64,000 bases of DNA from an uncultured Eubacterium sp. (GTDB lineage Bacteria; Bacillota; Clostridia; Lachnospirales; Lachnospiraceae), in assembly GCA_900552795.1 (NCBI GenBank), contig USBB01000007.1, positions 1,753-65,752 on the forward strand, in the 5' to 3' direction. Made by a program: the position numbers and the translations under genes. The notes beneath the pieces are model-generated. The model saw nothing but the letters and a program-made list of their open reading frames with translations, was not told the origin of the DNA and searched no databases. Shown one piece after another: positions 20,552-30,972 of the stretch (the stretch's first letter is position 1; every line of letters starts with the position of its first letter).

Positions 20552-20950
20552 ATGTATACAATCGGTCAGATTTCAAAGATGTTTGATTTACCTGTTTCAA
20601 CACTCAGATATTACGATAAAGAAGGCCTTTTCCCTAATATGGAACGAACATCCGGTATTCGTAAATTTTCAGAATCCGAAATAGAAGCTCTTCATGTAAT
20701 TGAATGTCTCAAGAAAACCGGTATGGAAATCAAGGATATAAAACAGTTTATGGACTGGTGTGCTGAAGGTCCTTCTACTTATTCCAACCGAAAAAAACTC
20801 TTTGAGGATAGAAAGAAAGCCCTTGAAGAACAACTTCAAGAGCTTGAAAAAAATATGGCAATGATTAACTTCAAATGTTGGTATTATGAACAAGCTATTT
20901 CTGATGGTAACGAAGAACACCTTAATAAAATTTTTCCTGTTATTCCTTAA
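20552..20950 (+). CDS. MerR family transcriptional regulator
   Basis: MYTIGQISKMFDLPVSTLRYYDKEGLF HTH plus coiled-coil dimerisation region. A palindrome ACCTAAcTTTAGGT lies about 55 nt upstream. Confidence 0.8.
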   Translation: MYTIGQISKMFDLPVSTLRYYDKEGLFPNMERTSGIRKFSESEIEALHVIECLKKTGMEIKDIKQFMDWCAEGPSTYSNRKKLFEDRKKALEEQLQELEKNMAMINFKCWYYEQAISDGNEEHLNKIFPVIP

Positions 20951-21281
20951 CAAAGGTAACACTCTTCCCGTTTTCAGTCAGCGTAAGCTTCTTTTTTTCT
21001 AAAGAATATGTATAAGAAGTTTCTTCCTTTGTGCCAAATATTTCTCTGCTTATTTTAATTTTATCTCCATCCAAAGTATAAGTCAGACTTATGGCAATTT
21101 CCTCTCCTAATGAAACAACACCGGTGCCATCCTCGTTAAAAACATATACTGTATCAGTTCCGTCCTCTGATTTCCATGTTCCCGGCAAAGTTTCTTTGCC
21201 AGCACAGCCTGTAAGCAATATAGAAGTTATTAAAAGCACGACACTCATAGCAGCAAGAAACACTTTTTTTACACAACGCAT
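20940..21281 (-). CDS. Hypothetical lipoprotein
   Basis: Signal peptide with lipobox LLTGC. Start chosen at MRCVKKVF. Confidence 0.5.
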   Translation of the reverse strand: MRCVKKVFLAAMSVVLLITSILLTGCAGKETLPGTWKSEDGTDTVYVFNEDGTGVVSLGEEIAISLTYTLDGDKIKISREIFGTKEETSYTYSLEKKKLTLTENGKSVTFVKE

Positions 21282-21295
21282 ACAAATCCCTCCAA

Positions 21296-22699
21296 TCACA
21301 TATTTTTAATATTTTGTATAATTTGAGGAAACTCCATACCATGCGATGCCTTTACCAAAATATTATCTTTCGTCTCTAAAATATCAGGCAGTACATCAAT
21401 CAAAGCTTCCTTATTATCAAAATGATATGTCCTGCAGCTACATGTATCCGCATGCGCATTTTTATAAGAAATAACGCCGTCAACTATATTTTTTGAAAGC
21501 TTTCCTACTGCAGCCAAAACATCAATGCTGGTCGCTGCAAGATACTCTCCCACTTCAAAATGCAGTTTTTCTTCATTATCTCCAAGCTCAAACATATCAC
21601 CTAATATAGCAACCTTGCGTCCTGCTGACATATTTAATATATCAAGCGCGGCTTTCATAGATATTGGATTGGCATTATAACAGTCATCCAATATAAGATA
21701 TTTATCCGTCTTAATTATATTATTTCTGCCATCAATTGTTTTAAGTTCTTCAATTCCTGACTTTATCTGGTCCGCATTAAGTCCTAACTCTGCTCCGACT
21801 GCTGCTGCTGCAAGCACATTGTAAACCATATGCTTTCCCGGTACCGGTATAATAACATCTATATCCTTAGTTCCGACACCGGATATAACTACCTTAGTAC
21901 CCTCCAATCCGAGTGTTGCAACAGATTTTGCATAAACTCCACTCTTGTTTGATATTCCAAAAAATACAGGTGTCTTACCATTTACATCCGTAACCGTAAC
22001 AAGCTTATCATCGTCTCCGTTAAGTATAACACTGCCATTTTCCTTAAGGCCTTCAAAAATTTCTGCTTTTGCCTTTAATATTCCATCCCTGTTCTTTAAA
22101 TTTTCAAGGTGACACAAACCGATATTTGTAATAACACATATATCAGGTCTTGCAATAGCTGTAAGCCTTGACATCTCGCCAAAATCACTTATACCCATCT
22201 CAAGAACGGCAACCTCATCATCATCTCTTAGTCTGAATATTGTAAGCGGAAGTCCTAATTCGTTATTAAAATTTCCAAGTGTCTTTAATACTCTGTATTT
22301 TTTTCCAAGCACAGAAGCAATAGTCTCCTTAGTACTTGTTTTTCCGACACTGCCTGTAATTCCTACTACCTTTATGTCAAGCACACTTCTATAATATGCT
22401 GCAAGCTGCTTAACAGCCTCCAGCGAAGATTTTACCTGTATGTAAGGGCGTTCTTCATCCGGCAAAGCTTTTTCTGAAATACAGCACATTGCGCCGGCAT
22501 CAAAACATGAACCTATAAAATCATGACCGTCACTTCGCGTTCCTTTTATAGCAATAAAAAGACCTCCCTCACTGACCTTTCTACTATCTGTTGTAATAGA
22601 TGAAATCTCTTTGTCTGCTACTGAAGCACTTCCGTGATAAATTCCATTACACACCCTTGCCATTGCAGCCGGCGTCATTTTTTTCATAGTCTGATTCAT
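21296..22699 (-). CDS. murF: UDP-N-acetylmuramoyl-tripeptide--D-alanyl-D-alanine ligase
   Basis: Mur ligase motif GITGSVGKTSTKE, length and domain order. Confidence 0.85.
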   Translation of the reverse strand: MNQTMKKMTPAAMARVCNGIYHGSASVADKEISSITTDSRKVSEGGLFIAIKGTRSDGHDFIGSCFDAGAMCCISEKALPDEERPYIQVKSSLEAVKQLAAYYRSVLDIKVVGITGSVGKTSTKETIASVLGKKYRVLKTLGNFNNELGLPLTIFRLRDDDEVAVLEMGISDFGEMSRLTAIARPDICVITNIGLCHLENLKNRDGILKAKAEIFEGLKENGSVILNGDDDKLVTVTDVNGKTPVFFGISNKSGVYAKSVATLGLEGTKVVISGVGTKDIDVIIPVPGKHMVYNVLAAAAVGAELGLNADQIKSGIEELKTIDGRNNIIKTDKYLILDDCYNANPISMKAALDILNMSAGRKVAILGDMFELGDNEEKLHFEVGEYLAATSIDVLAAVGKLSKNIVDGVISYKNAHADTCSCRTYHFDNKEALIDVLPDILETKDNILVKASHGMEFPQIIQNIKNM

Positions 22700-22736
22700 A
22701 TTTTAGAAAACCTCTTAGTTAAAATTTTTGATAATT

Positions 22737-23780
22737 TCAAATATATTTTTGCAATGAAATATCTATTATTTTTTGTGTCAGCTCATCATATGACATTCCA
22801 ACAGCCTGTGCCTCCTGAGGTAACAGACTTGTAGGCGTCATACCCGGCAGCGTATTAATTTCAAGACAGAATATATTGCCTTCTTGATCAATCATCTCAT
22901 CAACTCTTGCGTATGTTGTAATACCTACTGCCTCACAGGCTTTCTCTGCCCATCTCATCATTTTTTCCGCCATGTCCTTCTCTATATTTGCAGGACAGGT
23001 TTCCTTTGTGGAACCGTCATATTTATTCTTGTAATCATAAAAACCCTCTAATGGTTCTATCTCAATTACAGGCAAAGCTTTACCGTCAATTACACCTACA
23101 GAAAATTCCCTTCCCTTTATAAACTCTTCCACCATAATGCTGTCTTCATAACCAAATGCAAGCTCAACTGCTTTTTCAAATTCATTCTCATTATTTGCTA
23201 TAGTTACTCCAAGACTCGAACCTCCGCAACATGGCTTTACAACACATGGAAATGGTACATATTCGGCTTTGTGTCCTTTTCTTAACATAATACCTTTTGG
23301 CATAGGAATATTTTCTGTCACAAGCATTTTCTTTGTAATCTGTTTATTCATTGATATTGCGCTGCTTATATAATCCGTTCCGGTATATTTTATACCGTTT
23401 AAATCAAATAATGCCTGTATTCTTCCATCTTCACCGTTAGCTCCGTGAAGCCCGATAAATACAATATCAGCAGCCTTACAAAGTTCAAATACCATATTTC
23501 CCAAAAAACCACGTCCTGATTTTCTTCTTTCATCGGCTAAGTTTTTTACGTCAGACGACTTCTTTCTAAGATACTCAGCCACAATCTCCAGGTTGTTATC
23601 AGCTTTAAAAAACGCATCTGCATCACTGTATTCATCTGTTCCAAGAAATGCATCAACTATATTAGCATTATGTCCGTTTCTTCTTAATGACTCACATACA
23701 AGTCTGCTCGTAACTATTGATACGTCTCTCTCTGAGCTGGTTCCCCCAGCCAAAACTACTATATTCACACTAACCCTCAT
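22737..23780 (-). CDS. ddl: D-alanine--D-alanine ligase
   Basis: ATP-grasp Ddl sequence, 347 aa, immediately upstream of murF. Confidence 0.85.
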   Translation of the reverse strand: MRVSVNIVVLAGGTSSERDVSIVTSRLVCESLRRNGHNANIVDAFLGTDEYSDADAFFKADNNLEIVAEYLRKKSSDVKNLADERRKSGRGFLGNMVFELCKAADIVFIGLHGANGEDGRIQALFDLNGIKYTGTDYISSAISMNKQITKKMLVTENIPMPKGIMLRKGHKAEYVPFPCVVKPCCGGSSLGVTIANNENEFEKAVELAFGYEDSIMVEEFIKGREFSVGVIDGKALPVIEIEPLEGFYDYKNKYDGSTKETCPANIEKDMAEKMMRWAEKACEAVGITTYARVDEMIDQEGNIFCLEINTLPGMTPTSLLPQEAQAVGMSYDELTQKIIDISLQKYI

Positions 23781-23872
23781 TCCTTAAGCGATATATCACT
23801 AAATTTTGCACAAACATTAAATTTAAATAAAGCTATTTGCCTTCGCTTAAACAACAAATAGCCTTATATTAA

Positions 23873-25243
23873 TTATCTTTCATTCAGCGGAACATAACTG
23901 TTATGCTCACCGACATTCTTATATGCCGGTCTTATAATTTTACCGCAGTTTATAAGCTCTTCTATTCTATGTGCACTCCAGCCTGAAATTCTTGCTATGG
24001 CAAATATAGGTGTATAAAGTTCCTTTGGAAGTCCCAAAAGATTGTATACATAACCGCTGTAAAAATCTACATTGGCACTTACACCCTTGTAAACCTTACG
24101 CTCTTTTGCAATCAAATCAGCAGCTATACGCTCAACGTTGCACATAAGTCTGAATTCCTGCTCATGATGCTTTTCAACTGAAAGCTTTTCAACAAAGCCC
24201 TTAAACACTCTCGCACGCGGATCAGACAATGAATATACCGCATGACCCATACCATATATAAGTCCTGTCTTATCAAACACTTCCTTGTGAAGCATAGCGT
24301 CAAGATATGCTGTAAGCTCTTCCTCATCGTCCCAATTCTTAACATTTGTCTTAATATCCTCAAACATATCGACAACCTTAAGGTTTGCACCACCATGTTT
24401 AGGTCCCTTTAAAGATGCCAACGATGAAACTACAGCCGAATATGTGTCTGTCCCCGACGACGTAACAACATGTGTAGTAAATGTAGAGTTATTACCGCCG
24501 CCATGCTCAGCATGAAGAACTAAAGCAATATCAAGTATCTGCGCCTCAAGCGCTGTAAATTTGCCGTCTTCCCTTAACAGATGAAGAATATTTTCAGCTG
24601 TTGACATCTTAGGGTCAGGCTCATGTATTATAAGACTTCCGCCCTTGTATGAATGCTTATACGCACAATAGCTGTACACAGCAAGCAGAGGAAACTCTGA
24701 AATAAGCTGCAGTGACTGGCGGACAACATTCGGCAGACTTATATCATCTGCTTTTGTATCATATGAATATAACATTAAAACACTTCTTGCAAGCGCATTC
24801 ATAATATCGCGGCTTGGCTTTTTCATAATAATGTCACGTACAAAATTAGGCGGTATGCATCTGTATTCGCCAAGTATTGCATTAAAATCCTCAAGTTCCT
24901 GTTTGTCAGGCATCTTACCGAACAATAACAGATATGTTGTCTCTTCAAAACCAAATCTGCCATCAGCATTAAATCCTGCAATTATGTCCTCAACATCATA
25001 GCCGCGGTAATAAAGCTTTCCATCACAAGGATGTGATACTCCGTTTTCATCTGTCTCTGATGCCTTTACCTCTGAAATCTCAGTAAGACCTGTAAGAACA
25101 CCTTTACCGTTTAAATCTCTTAAACCTCTTTTTACTTCATATTTATCATATAAAGCATCATTGATTTTATTGTCTTTGCATCTTGCTGCAAGCTCCTCTA
25201 TCTTTTGTGTCACAACTGAAAAATCTTTTACATCCAACGCCAT
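23873..25243 (-). CDS. Citrate synthase
   Basis: GMGHAVYSLSDPRA catalytic-loop motif; 456 aa. Confidence 0.75.
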   Translation of the reverse strand: MALDVKDFSVVTQKIEELAARCKDNKINDALYDKYEVKRGLRDLNGKGVLTGLTEISEVKASETDENGVSHPCDGKLYYRGYDVEDIIAGFNADGRFGFEETTYLLLFGKMPDKQELEDFNAILGEYRCIPPNFVRDIIMKKPSRDIMNALARSVLMLYSYDTKADDISLPNVVRQSLQLISEFPLLAVYSYCAYKHSYKGGSLIIHEPDPKMSTAENILHLLREDGKFTALEAQILDIALVLHAEHGGGNNSTFTTHVVTSSGTDTYSAVVSSLASLKGPKHGGANLKVVDMFEDIKTNVKNWDDEEELTAYLDAMLHKEVFDKTGLIYGMGHAVYSLSDPRARVFKGFVEKLSVEKHHEQEFRLMCNVERIAADLIAKERKVYKGVSANVDFYSGYVYNLLGLPKELYTPIFAIARISGWSAHRIEELINCGKIIRPAYKNVGEHNSYVPLNER

Positions 25244-25281
25244 GTTTCCTCCTTTTTATAATACTGCGTATTTTTATCATC

Positions 25282-25830
25282 TTATCTTAATCTTGTACAT
25301 TCATATTTTGCATGTGCATTTATACAATTTTTAAGTGATTTTATACGCGTTGCAATATCCGCCTGTTCCACCTCTATATCCATCGAGGCAGCCATGGCAT
25401 CTATCATTTTATCAGTAATTGTACCGCTGTTTTCCTGCAGTACTTCAAGCTTTTTTACATATGTCTCTGCATCAAGAAATGCTTCAAGCACCGGATTTAT
25501 CTGCTCCGTGCTTTCTTCTTTTATATCATCACTGCTTTCTGTCTTTTGAGAATTTTGTAATTCTTTTACATCTTCCGCCTTAACACTTACTTCAAATTTT
25601 TCAGGAAACACCTGCTCAAATCTGTACTTTTGCACCACATCCGGATACTTTACATGATCAACTTCACTCATAAACATATCAAATGGTCTTACATACAAAC
25701 TAAAATCACCATAAAGTGCCTGATAAACAACCATTTTTTCTTTTGTCTCAGAATGATACGCAATACCTATTACCTGATACAGTTTGTCTTTAAAATGTCT
25801 GTAAAATCCGCCCACTACCGGCTCTCTCAT
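25282..25830 (-). CDS. DUF1653 domain protein
   Basis: N-terminal FYRHFKDKLYQVIGIAYHSETKEKMVVYQALYGD matches the DUF1653 pattern. Confidence 0.55.
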   Translation of the reverse strand: MREPVVGGFYRHFKDKLYQVIGIAYHSETKEKMVVYQALYGDFSLYVRPFDMFMSEVDHVKYPDVVQKYRFEQVFPEKFEVSVKAEDVKELQNSQKTESSDDIKEESTEQINPVLEAFLDAETYVKKLEVLQENSGTITDKMIDAMAASMDIEVEQADIATRIKSLKNCINAHAKYECTRLR

Positions 25831-25850
25831 ACTACCCCCATTCCGCGCTC

Positions 25851-26426
25851 TTATGCAGCCTTTGCACTTTCCAGCTCAAGCATATTAAGTATTCCGCCAA
25901 CAACTATGTGACAGAGTGCTACAATATATCTGCAGTCTGACTCTACATTATTTTCATTAGCAAGATACTGCGTATGGCGATTTTTTACATAATCGCAAAG
26001 CTGGTCAGGAGTTTCAAAGCTTGACGCTATATCTCTGTTTACATAAACTTCATCGCTGCTTATATATTCCTTTAACGCTTTCTTTAATTCTTTCTCATAT
26101 ATGCAGTGATCTTTAATATTTCCATCAAAAATATCATTGTGTGGATATGTAAAATAGTCAGCCACATAATGAGTAACTTCTCCAAGCTTACGACAATAAG
26201 CTGTAGAGATTTTCTTAAAATCTGACGAATCCACAGTAAGTTTTGATATAAATTCAGTCACCATATCAAATGTTTCTTCAATTGTGTGTCTTGTCGTTAC
26301 AAATGACGGTTTACAATCCGGTAAAATGCTTCCGACTATAAATGCCTTTCTGTGATTATCAAGCAATGTACTGTCAACACTTTCAATTAAATACCTTGAT
26401 AATGATACATGTGATTTTTTTCTCAT
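25851..26426 (-). CDS. Hypothetical protein
   Basis: 191 aa ORF with good coding periodicity; no family recognised. Confidence 0.4.
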   Translation of the reverse strand: MRKKSHVSLSRYLIESVDSTLLDNHRKAFIVGSILPDCKPSFVTTRHTIEETFDMVTEFISKLTVDSSDFKKISTAYCRKLGEVTHYVADYFTYPHNDIFDGNIKDHCIYEKELKKALKEYISSDEVYVNRDIASSFETPDQLCDYVKNRHTQYLANENNVESDCRYIVALCHIVVGGILNMLELESAKAA

Positions 26427-26611
26427 TTAAATTAATCCTCATTTCTGTGCAGCCTTCGCACATAATGCAAAAAATTTTGCACTAATATCTACTAATATTT
26501 AAGCAAATACTATATTGCACATACTATTTATATTATACCAAAATCAAAAAAAATACAACAAAAATGTATGTGCTTGTGGTACTATAAAGCAGAATTTAAT
26601 TTTTATTTTAT

Positions 26612-26807
26612 GATTACAGTGTCAAAAGGTCTTGAGCCCACTTGTGCTTGCAGGGTAGTGGGGGCATGACCTTGGGACACGCCCCCTATATGAGCATAAA
26701 AGTGGAGCATAAGCTTCACGATATGCGAATATTGGGAAGGATTGTGAGAGTGCGAAGCACGTAACAATCCGAGTAATCGTAATTAGGGTGTTTTGACACC
26801 CTAATCT
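26612..26807. repeat. Composite MITE-like element bounded by inverted copies of the CAAGACCTTTTGACACTGTAATC repeat
   Basis: Left end GATTACAGTGTCAAAAGGTCTTGAG… (minus orientation, with GC-rich hairpin) and right end …GGTGTTTTGACACCCTAATC (plus). A highly structured ~110 nt core lies between them. Confidence 0.5.
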
Positions 26808-26840
26808 ATTTTTTTTATTTTATGAAAGGTTTAATATTCT

Positions 26841-27686
26841 ATGAAATCTGTTGACTTACACGTTCACTCAACCTATTCTGACGGTACACTTACTCCATCT
26901 GAGCTTGCTATACATGCAAAACACATGGGACTTTCTGCATTTGCGCTTACCGACCATGACACAATCGACGGCATAAGCGAGGCAATGCATGCAGGAAAAG
27001 AACAGGGTATTGAAGTTATACCCGGCGTTGAATTAAGTACAAGTTATAATAATAAAGAAATTCATATTGTGGGACTTTTTATAGATTACAATGACGATAT
27101 TTTAAAAAATAAGCTTAATTATCTAAAAAATACACGCATAAACAGAAACATTGAAATGTGCAGTAAATTTAAAAACTTAGGAATAAACATTTCTTACGAA
27201 AAAATGCTTGAGATGTATCCTGATTCAGTCATAACGAGAGCACATTTTGCCGATTATCTTGTAAAAATGGGAATTATTAAAAGCCGTACTGAAGCCTTTG
27301 AACGCTATCTTGGAGACCGCCGCCCATGTTACGTTCCAAGACAGAAAATTCAGCCACAAGAGGCTATTGATATGATTAAAAATGCCGGCGGAATTGCAAT
27401 TCTTGCACACCCTATACTATATCATCTCGGCAGCGAACAGATGAACAGTCTTGTACAATATCTTTGTGAATGCGGTCTGACAGGACTTGAAGCAATATAT
27501 TCGACATATACAATGGGCGAAGAGCTTTCAATACGAAAACTTGCAAATGAAAACAATCTCCTCATTTCCGGCGGTTCAGATTATCACGGAGAAAATAAAC
27601 CTCATATTGAAATGGGAACCGGACGCGGAAAACTTTTTGTGCCTTATAATATACTTGAACACTTAAAAAACGCTGTGCGCCGGTAA
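26841..27686 (+). CDS. PHP-domain phosphoesterase
   Basis: VDLHVHSTYSDGT…ALTDHDT PHP metal-binding motifs. Confidence 0.8.
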   Translation: MKSVDLHVHSTYSDGTLTPSELAIHAKHMGLSAFALTDHDTIDGISEAMHAGKEQGIEVIPGVELSTSYNNKEIHIVGLFIDYNDDILKNKLNYLKNTRINRNIEMCSKFKNLGINISYEKMLEMYPDSVITRAHFADYLVKMGIIKSRTEAFERYLGDRRPCYVPRQKIQPQEAIDMIKNAGGIAILAHPILYHLGSEQMNSLVQYLCECGLTGLEAIYSTYTMGEELSIRKLANENNLLISGGSDYHGENKPHIEMGTGRGKLFVPYNILEHLKNAVRR

Positions 27687-27705
27687 AGCGCCTTTGTGCA
27701 AAAAC

Positions 27706-27750
27706 AGGAGATATACGGCATACACTTATCTGCCTTATATCTCCTGCCTT
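27706..27750 (+). terminator. Intrinsic terminator after the PHP gene
   Basis: CAGGAGATATA…TATATCTCCTG followed by CCTTT. Confidence 0.55.
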
Positions 27751-27807
27751 TAAACCTAATATGATTATTAATTTTAAAAAATCAAATATACACTTGCAAA
27801 ATCACTA

Positions 27808-29001
27808 TTAGTGGTGGAACAATCTCATTCCTGTGAAGCACATAGCAATATCTCTCTTATTACATGTTTCGATAACATTGTCATCTCTGATTGAACCGCC
27901 CGGCTGTGCAATATACTTAACACCGCTTTTATAAGCTCTTTCAATATTATCTCCGAATGGGAAGAATGCATCAGAGCCTAATGCTACTTCTGTATTCTTA
28001 TCAAGCCATTCTCTCTTTTCCTGTACTGTAAATACTTCAGGTTTTTCAGTAAATACTCTCTCCCACTCTCCATCAGCAAGCACGTCCATATAATCTTCAC
28101 CGATATATAAATCAATAGCATTATCTCTGTCTGCACGTCCGATATTTTCTTTAAAAGGAAGACTTAAAACCTTTGGATTCTGACGCAAAAACCAGTTATC
28201 CGCCTTAGAACCTGCAAGTCTTGTACAATGTATTCTTGACTGCTGACCTGCTCCAATACCGATTGCCTGTCCGTTTTTTGCATAACACACAGAATTTGAC
28301 TGTGTATATTTTAATGTAATAAGCGCAATAATCAAATCTATCTTAGCCTGCTTTGTAAATTCCTTGTTATCTGTAACAATATTTTCAAGCAATGCTTCGT
28401 TAATTTCAAATTCGTTGCGTCCCTGCTCAAATGTTATACCATACACCTGCTTTGTTTCTATAGGCTGCGGCTTATATTCAGGGTCAATCTTAATGATGTT
28501 ATAGTTTCCCTTTTTCTTTGATTTTAAAATTTCCAATGCCTCATCATCATAACCCGGTGCAATTATGCCATCAGACACTTCATGCTGTATAAGCTTTGCA
28601 GTAGTAACATCACACACATCTGAAAGAGATATAAAATCACCAAATGATGACATTCTGTCAGCACCTCTTGCTCTTGCATATGCACATGCCAAAGCTGAAA
28701 GCTCACCGATTGATTCGTCAACCCAGTATATTTTCTTTTCAACCTCTGAAAGAGGAAGTCCTACAGCCGCACCGGCAGGTGATACATGCTTAAAAGAAGT
28801 TGCCGCAGGAAGACCTGTTGCCTCCTTTAATTCCTTAACAAGCTGCCAGCCATTAAAAGCATCAAGAAAATTTATATATCCCGGTCTTCCGTTAAGAACC
28901 TCTATAGGAAGCTCGCTGCCATCTGACATATATATTCTTGATGGCTTCTGATTTGGGTTACATCCGTACTTTAACTGAAATTCGTTCATGTTATCCTCCA
29001 T
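27808..29001 (-). CDS. purH: AICAR transformylase (stand-alone AICARFT domain of a split PurH)
   Basis: 397 aa with an AICARFT-type core (…SFKHVSPAGAAVG…). The adjacent gene supplies the IMP cyclohydrolase function. Confidence 0.65.
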   Translation of the reverse strand: MEDNMNEFQLKYGCNPNQKPSRIYMSDGSELPIEVLNGRPGYINFLDAFNGWQLVKELKEATGLPAATSFKHVSPAGAAVGLPLSEVEKKIYWVDESIGELSALACAYARARGADRMSSFGDFISLSDVCDVTTAKLIQHEVSDGIIAPGYDDEALEILKSKKKGNYNIIKIDPEYKPQPIETKQVYGITFEQGRNEFEINEALLENIVTDNKEFTKQAKIDLIIALITLKYTQSNSVCYAKNGQAIGIGAGQQSRIHCTRLAGSKADNWFLRQNPKVLSLPFKENIGRADRDNAIDLYIGEDYMDVLADGEWERVFTEKPEVFTVQEKREWLDKNTEVALGSDAFFPFGDNIERAYKSGVKYIAQPGGSIRDDNVIETCNKRDIAMCFTGMRLFHH

Positions 29002-29019
29002 TTGATTGATTTTGGGTTT

Positions 29020-29766
29020 TTAGTTATTTTTATTTATAATTCTTGTCTCATATTTGCCTGTCTCAATATCAATAAAACGAACAAACAGTGAAACTTTATT
29101 ATCAGCGTTTAAGTTGTTCCATATCATGTCAGTAAATTCATCTATATTTCCGTGAATTTTAACCCATGTAGGCTCTCCCTCATAGCTTGGAAGCGGATTA
29201 CCGTCACCCATATATGTATGAATAAAATGGCCCTCGCCTGCTACAGGATTATCATATGTAAATGTATATCTGCTGCACTGGCCAGGATTACCGTTGTGAC
29301 TCTTTAAAATAGACATTGCATAATCATATTTGCCTGACTCTATATTCATAATACCTGAAATTCTCGGTGTATAATTTGGAGCATCAGGCTCAAATTCTCT
29401 TGTTCTTAAAGCTTCCTCGAATGTCTTTCCCTGACTCATCAAATCATAAACAGTATCTGTCTGGTCTCCGTTTGTAACGATTGTACTGCTGCCAAGCACT
29501 CTTACTGGTGCATAAATGATAAGACTAGGATCCTCAAGCTTACTCGGGTCAAAAGCCTGTGTACGTATGCCTTCTCCATCCTCTACAAACACTCTGTTGC
29601 GGCTGTTTTCGCTTCTTCCCATTATAAAATAAGCTGATACCGCTTTCTTTCCATCCTCTGTTTTGCCAAGGACAATACCTCTTCCAGGATAGTCGCATCC
29701 TGATAATTCTTTTTCAAGTGACTGCATTATCATTTTTATCCTCCATATATAGATTAACTTTATCAA
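29020..29766 (-). CDS. IMP cyclohydrolase, PurO-like (archaeal-type)
   Basis: …CDYPGRGIVLGKTEDGK… N-terminus typical of the PF07826-like cyclohydrolase. Same operon as AICARFT. Confidence 0.6.
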   Translation of the reverse strand: MIKLIYIWRIKMIMQSLEKELSGCDYPGRGIVLGKTEDGKKAVSAYFIMGRSENSRNRVFVEDGEGIRTQAFDPSKLEDPSLIIYAPVRVLGSSTIVTNGDQTDTVYDLMSQGKTFEEALRTREFEPDAPNYTPRISGIMNIESGKYDYAMSILKSHNGNPGQCSRYTFTYDNPVAGEGHFIHTYMGDGNPLPSYEGEPTWVKIHGNIDEFTDMIWNNLNADNKVSLFVRFIDIETGKYETRIINKNN

Positions 29767-29817
29767 AAAACATACACTATTTTTATAAAAAAATCAAATT
29801 TTAATTACAAAAGATAC

Positions 29818-30972
29818 CTAATAATTGCCTAAAAGCTTTATTGTCTCTGCCTCTTCTTCAATACCTCGCAAAGCATTCATAACAGAAGGCTCTGCAAGAT
29901 TCCCCTCGAAATCCACAAAAAATCTGAATTCCCAGTTTTTATCCTCAATAGACTTTGACTCTGCTTTATTCATATTAGGTCTTGACTCTATCTTATTCAT
30001 ATTAAGTCCGTTATAAATAATATGACTTAAAAGATTATATAAGGTTCCTGCCTCATTTTTTGTCTCAAATACAATGCTTATCTTTTTGGCATCCTTTACA
30101 AATCGTCTCTTATTAGTGACAATAACAAACCTTGTGGTATTGTTATCTGCATCATTTACTTCCTGCTTTAAAACCTCAAGTCCGTAAACTTCTGCCGCTT
30201 CCCTGCTCGCTATCGCAACATGCGTTGGATTATTTTCTTCCAATATCTTCTTTGCACTTCCCGCCGTATTTGCCTGACTTATCTGCTTCCAGTTCTTGTG
30301 AAGTTCAAGAAAACGTTCGCACTGCATAAGTCCCTGCGGATGTGAATAAACAGTTGTAACCTTATCAAGATCTGTTCCCGGCAGACCTAAAAGAGCATGT
30401 TCAACTTTAACATAAGTCTCTGCAACTATATAATTGTCAAATTCCTGAAGCAAATCATAAACTCCTGCAACTATTCCCGCTGTCGAATTTTCTATAGGAA
30501 GAACTGCATAATCGGCCTTTCCCGATTTAACAGCCTCCATAGCATCTTTCCATGTAGGAACTGCAAAATTATTCACTTCATTTCCAAAATATCTTTTCAT
30601 AGCTATGTACGAATAAGCCCCCGCAACACCCTGATATACGACTTTGCAGTTACTTTTATCGATACAGTCAATAACCTCGTATGGCTCCATCAAGGAATTT
30701 GTCTCTTCAAGCATTCTGTACTGCATCTTTCTTGAATTAGACATTATCTGTGAAAATAAATCTGCAACAGCATATACATTTTCATTATCTTTAACCATGC
30801 TGCGTATAGCATCAAGCTTCTGATTTTCTCTGTCAGTATCAAGCACTTTCTTATTATTTTCAATCTTATACCTTGCCACATCCCTGCAAAGATTAATTCT
30901 TTCTTCAAACAAATCGACAAGCTGCCTGTCTATAGCATCTATATCGCTTCGTATTTTCCCTAAATCAAGCAT
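29818..30972 (-). CDS. pheA: Bifunctional chorismate mutase / prephenate dehydratase (P-protein)
   Basis: N-terminal chorismate mutase helix (…IDAIDRQLVDLFEERINLCRDVARYK…), PDT domain, and C-terminal ACT domain. Confidence 0.8.
   Translation of the reverse strand: MLDLGKIRSDIDAIDRQLVDLFEERINLCRDVARYKIENNKKVLDTDRENQKLDAIRSMVKDNENVYAVADLFSQIMSNSRKMQYRMLEETNSLMEPYEVIDCIDKSNCKVVYQGVAGAYSYIAMKRYFGNEVNNFAVPTWKDAMEAVKSGKADYAVLPIENSTAGIVAGVYDLLQEFDNYIVAETYVKVEHALLGLPGTDLDKVTTVYSHPQGLMQCERFLELHKNWKQISQANTAGSAKKILEENNPTHVAIASREAAEVYGLEVLKQEVNDADNNTTRFVIVTNKRRFVKDAKKISIVFETKNEAGTLYNLLSHIIYNGLNMNKIESRPNMNKAESKSIEDKNWEFRFFVDFEGNLAEPSVMNALRGIEEEAETIKLLGNY

Noticed and set aside
22737-23780. Vancomycin-resistance-type D-Ala-D-Lac/Ser ligase
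   Set aside because: No vanH/vanX/vanRS neighbours. It sits with murF in the housekeeping arrangement, so it is called ddl.
29767-29817. ZTP (pfl) riboswitch upstream of the purH-like operon
   Set aside because: The upstream region is only about 50 nt of AT-rich sequence with no GGGTCGTGAC/CCGGGCG-type conserved elements.
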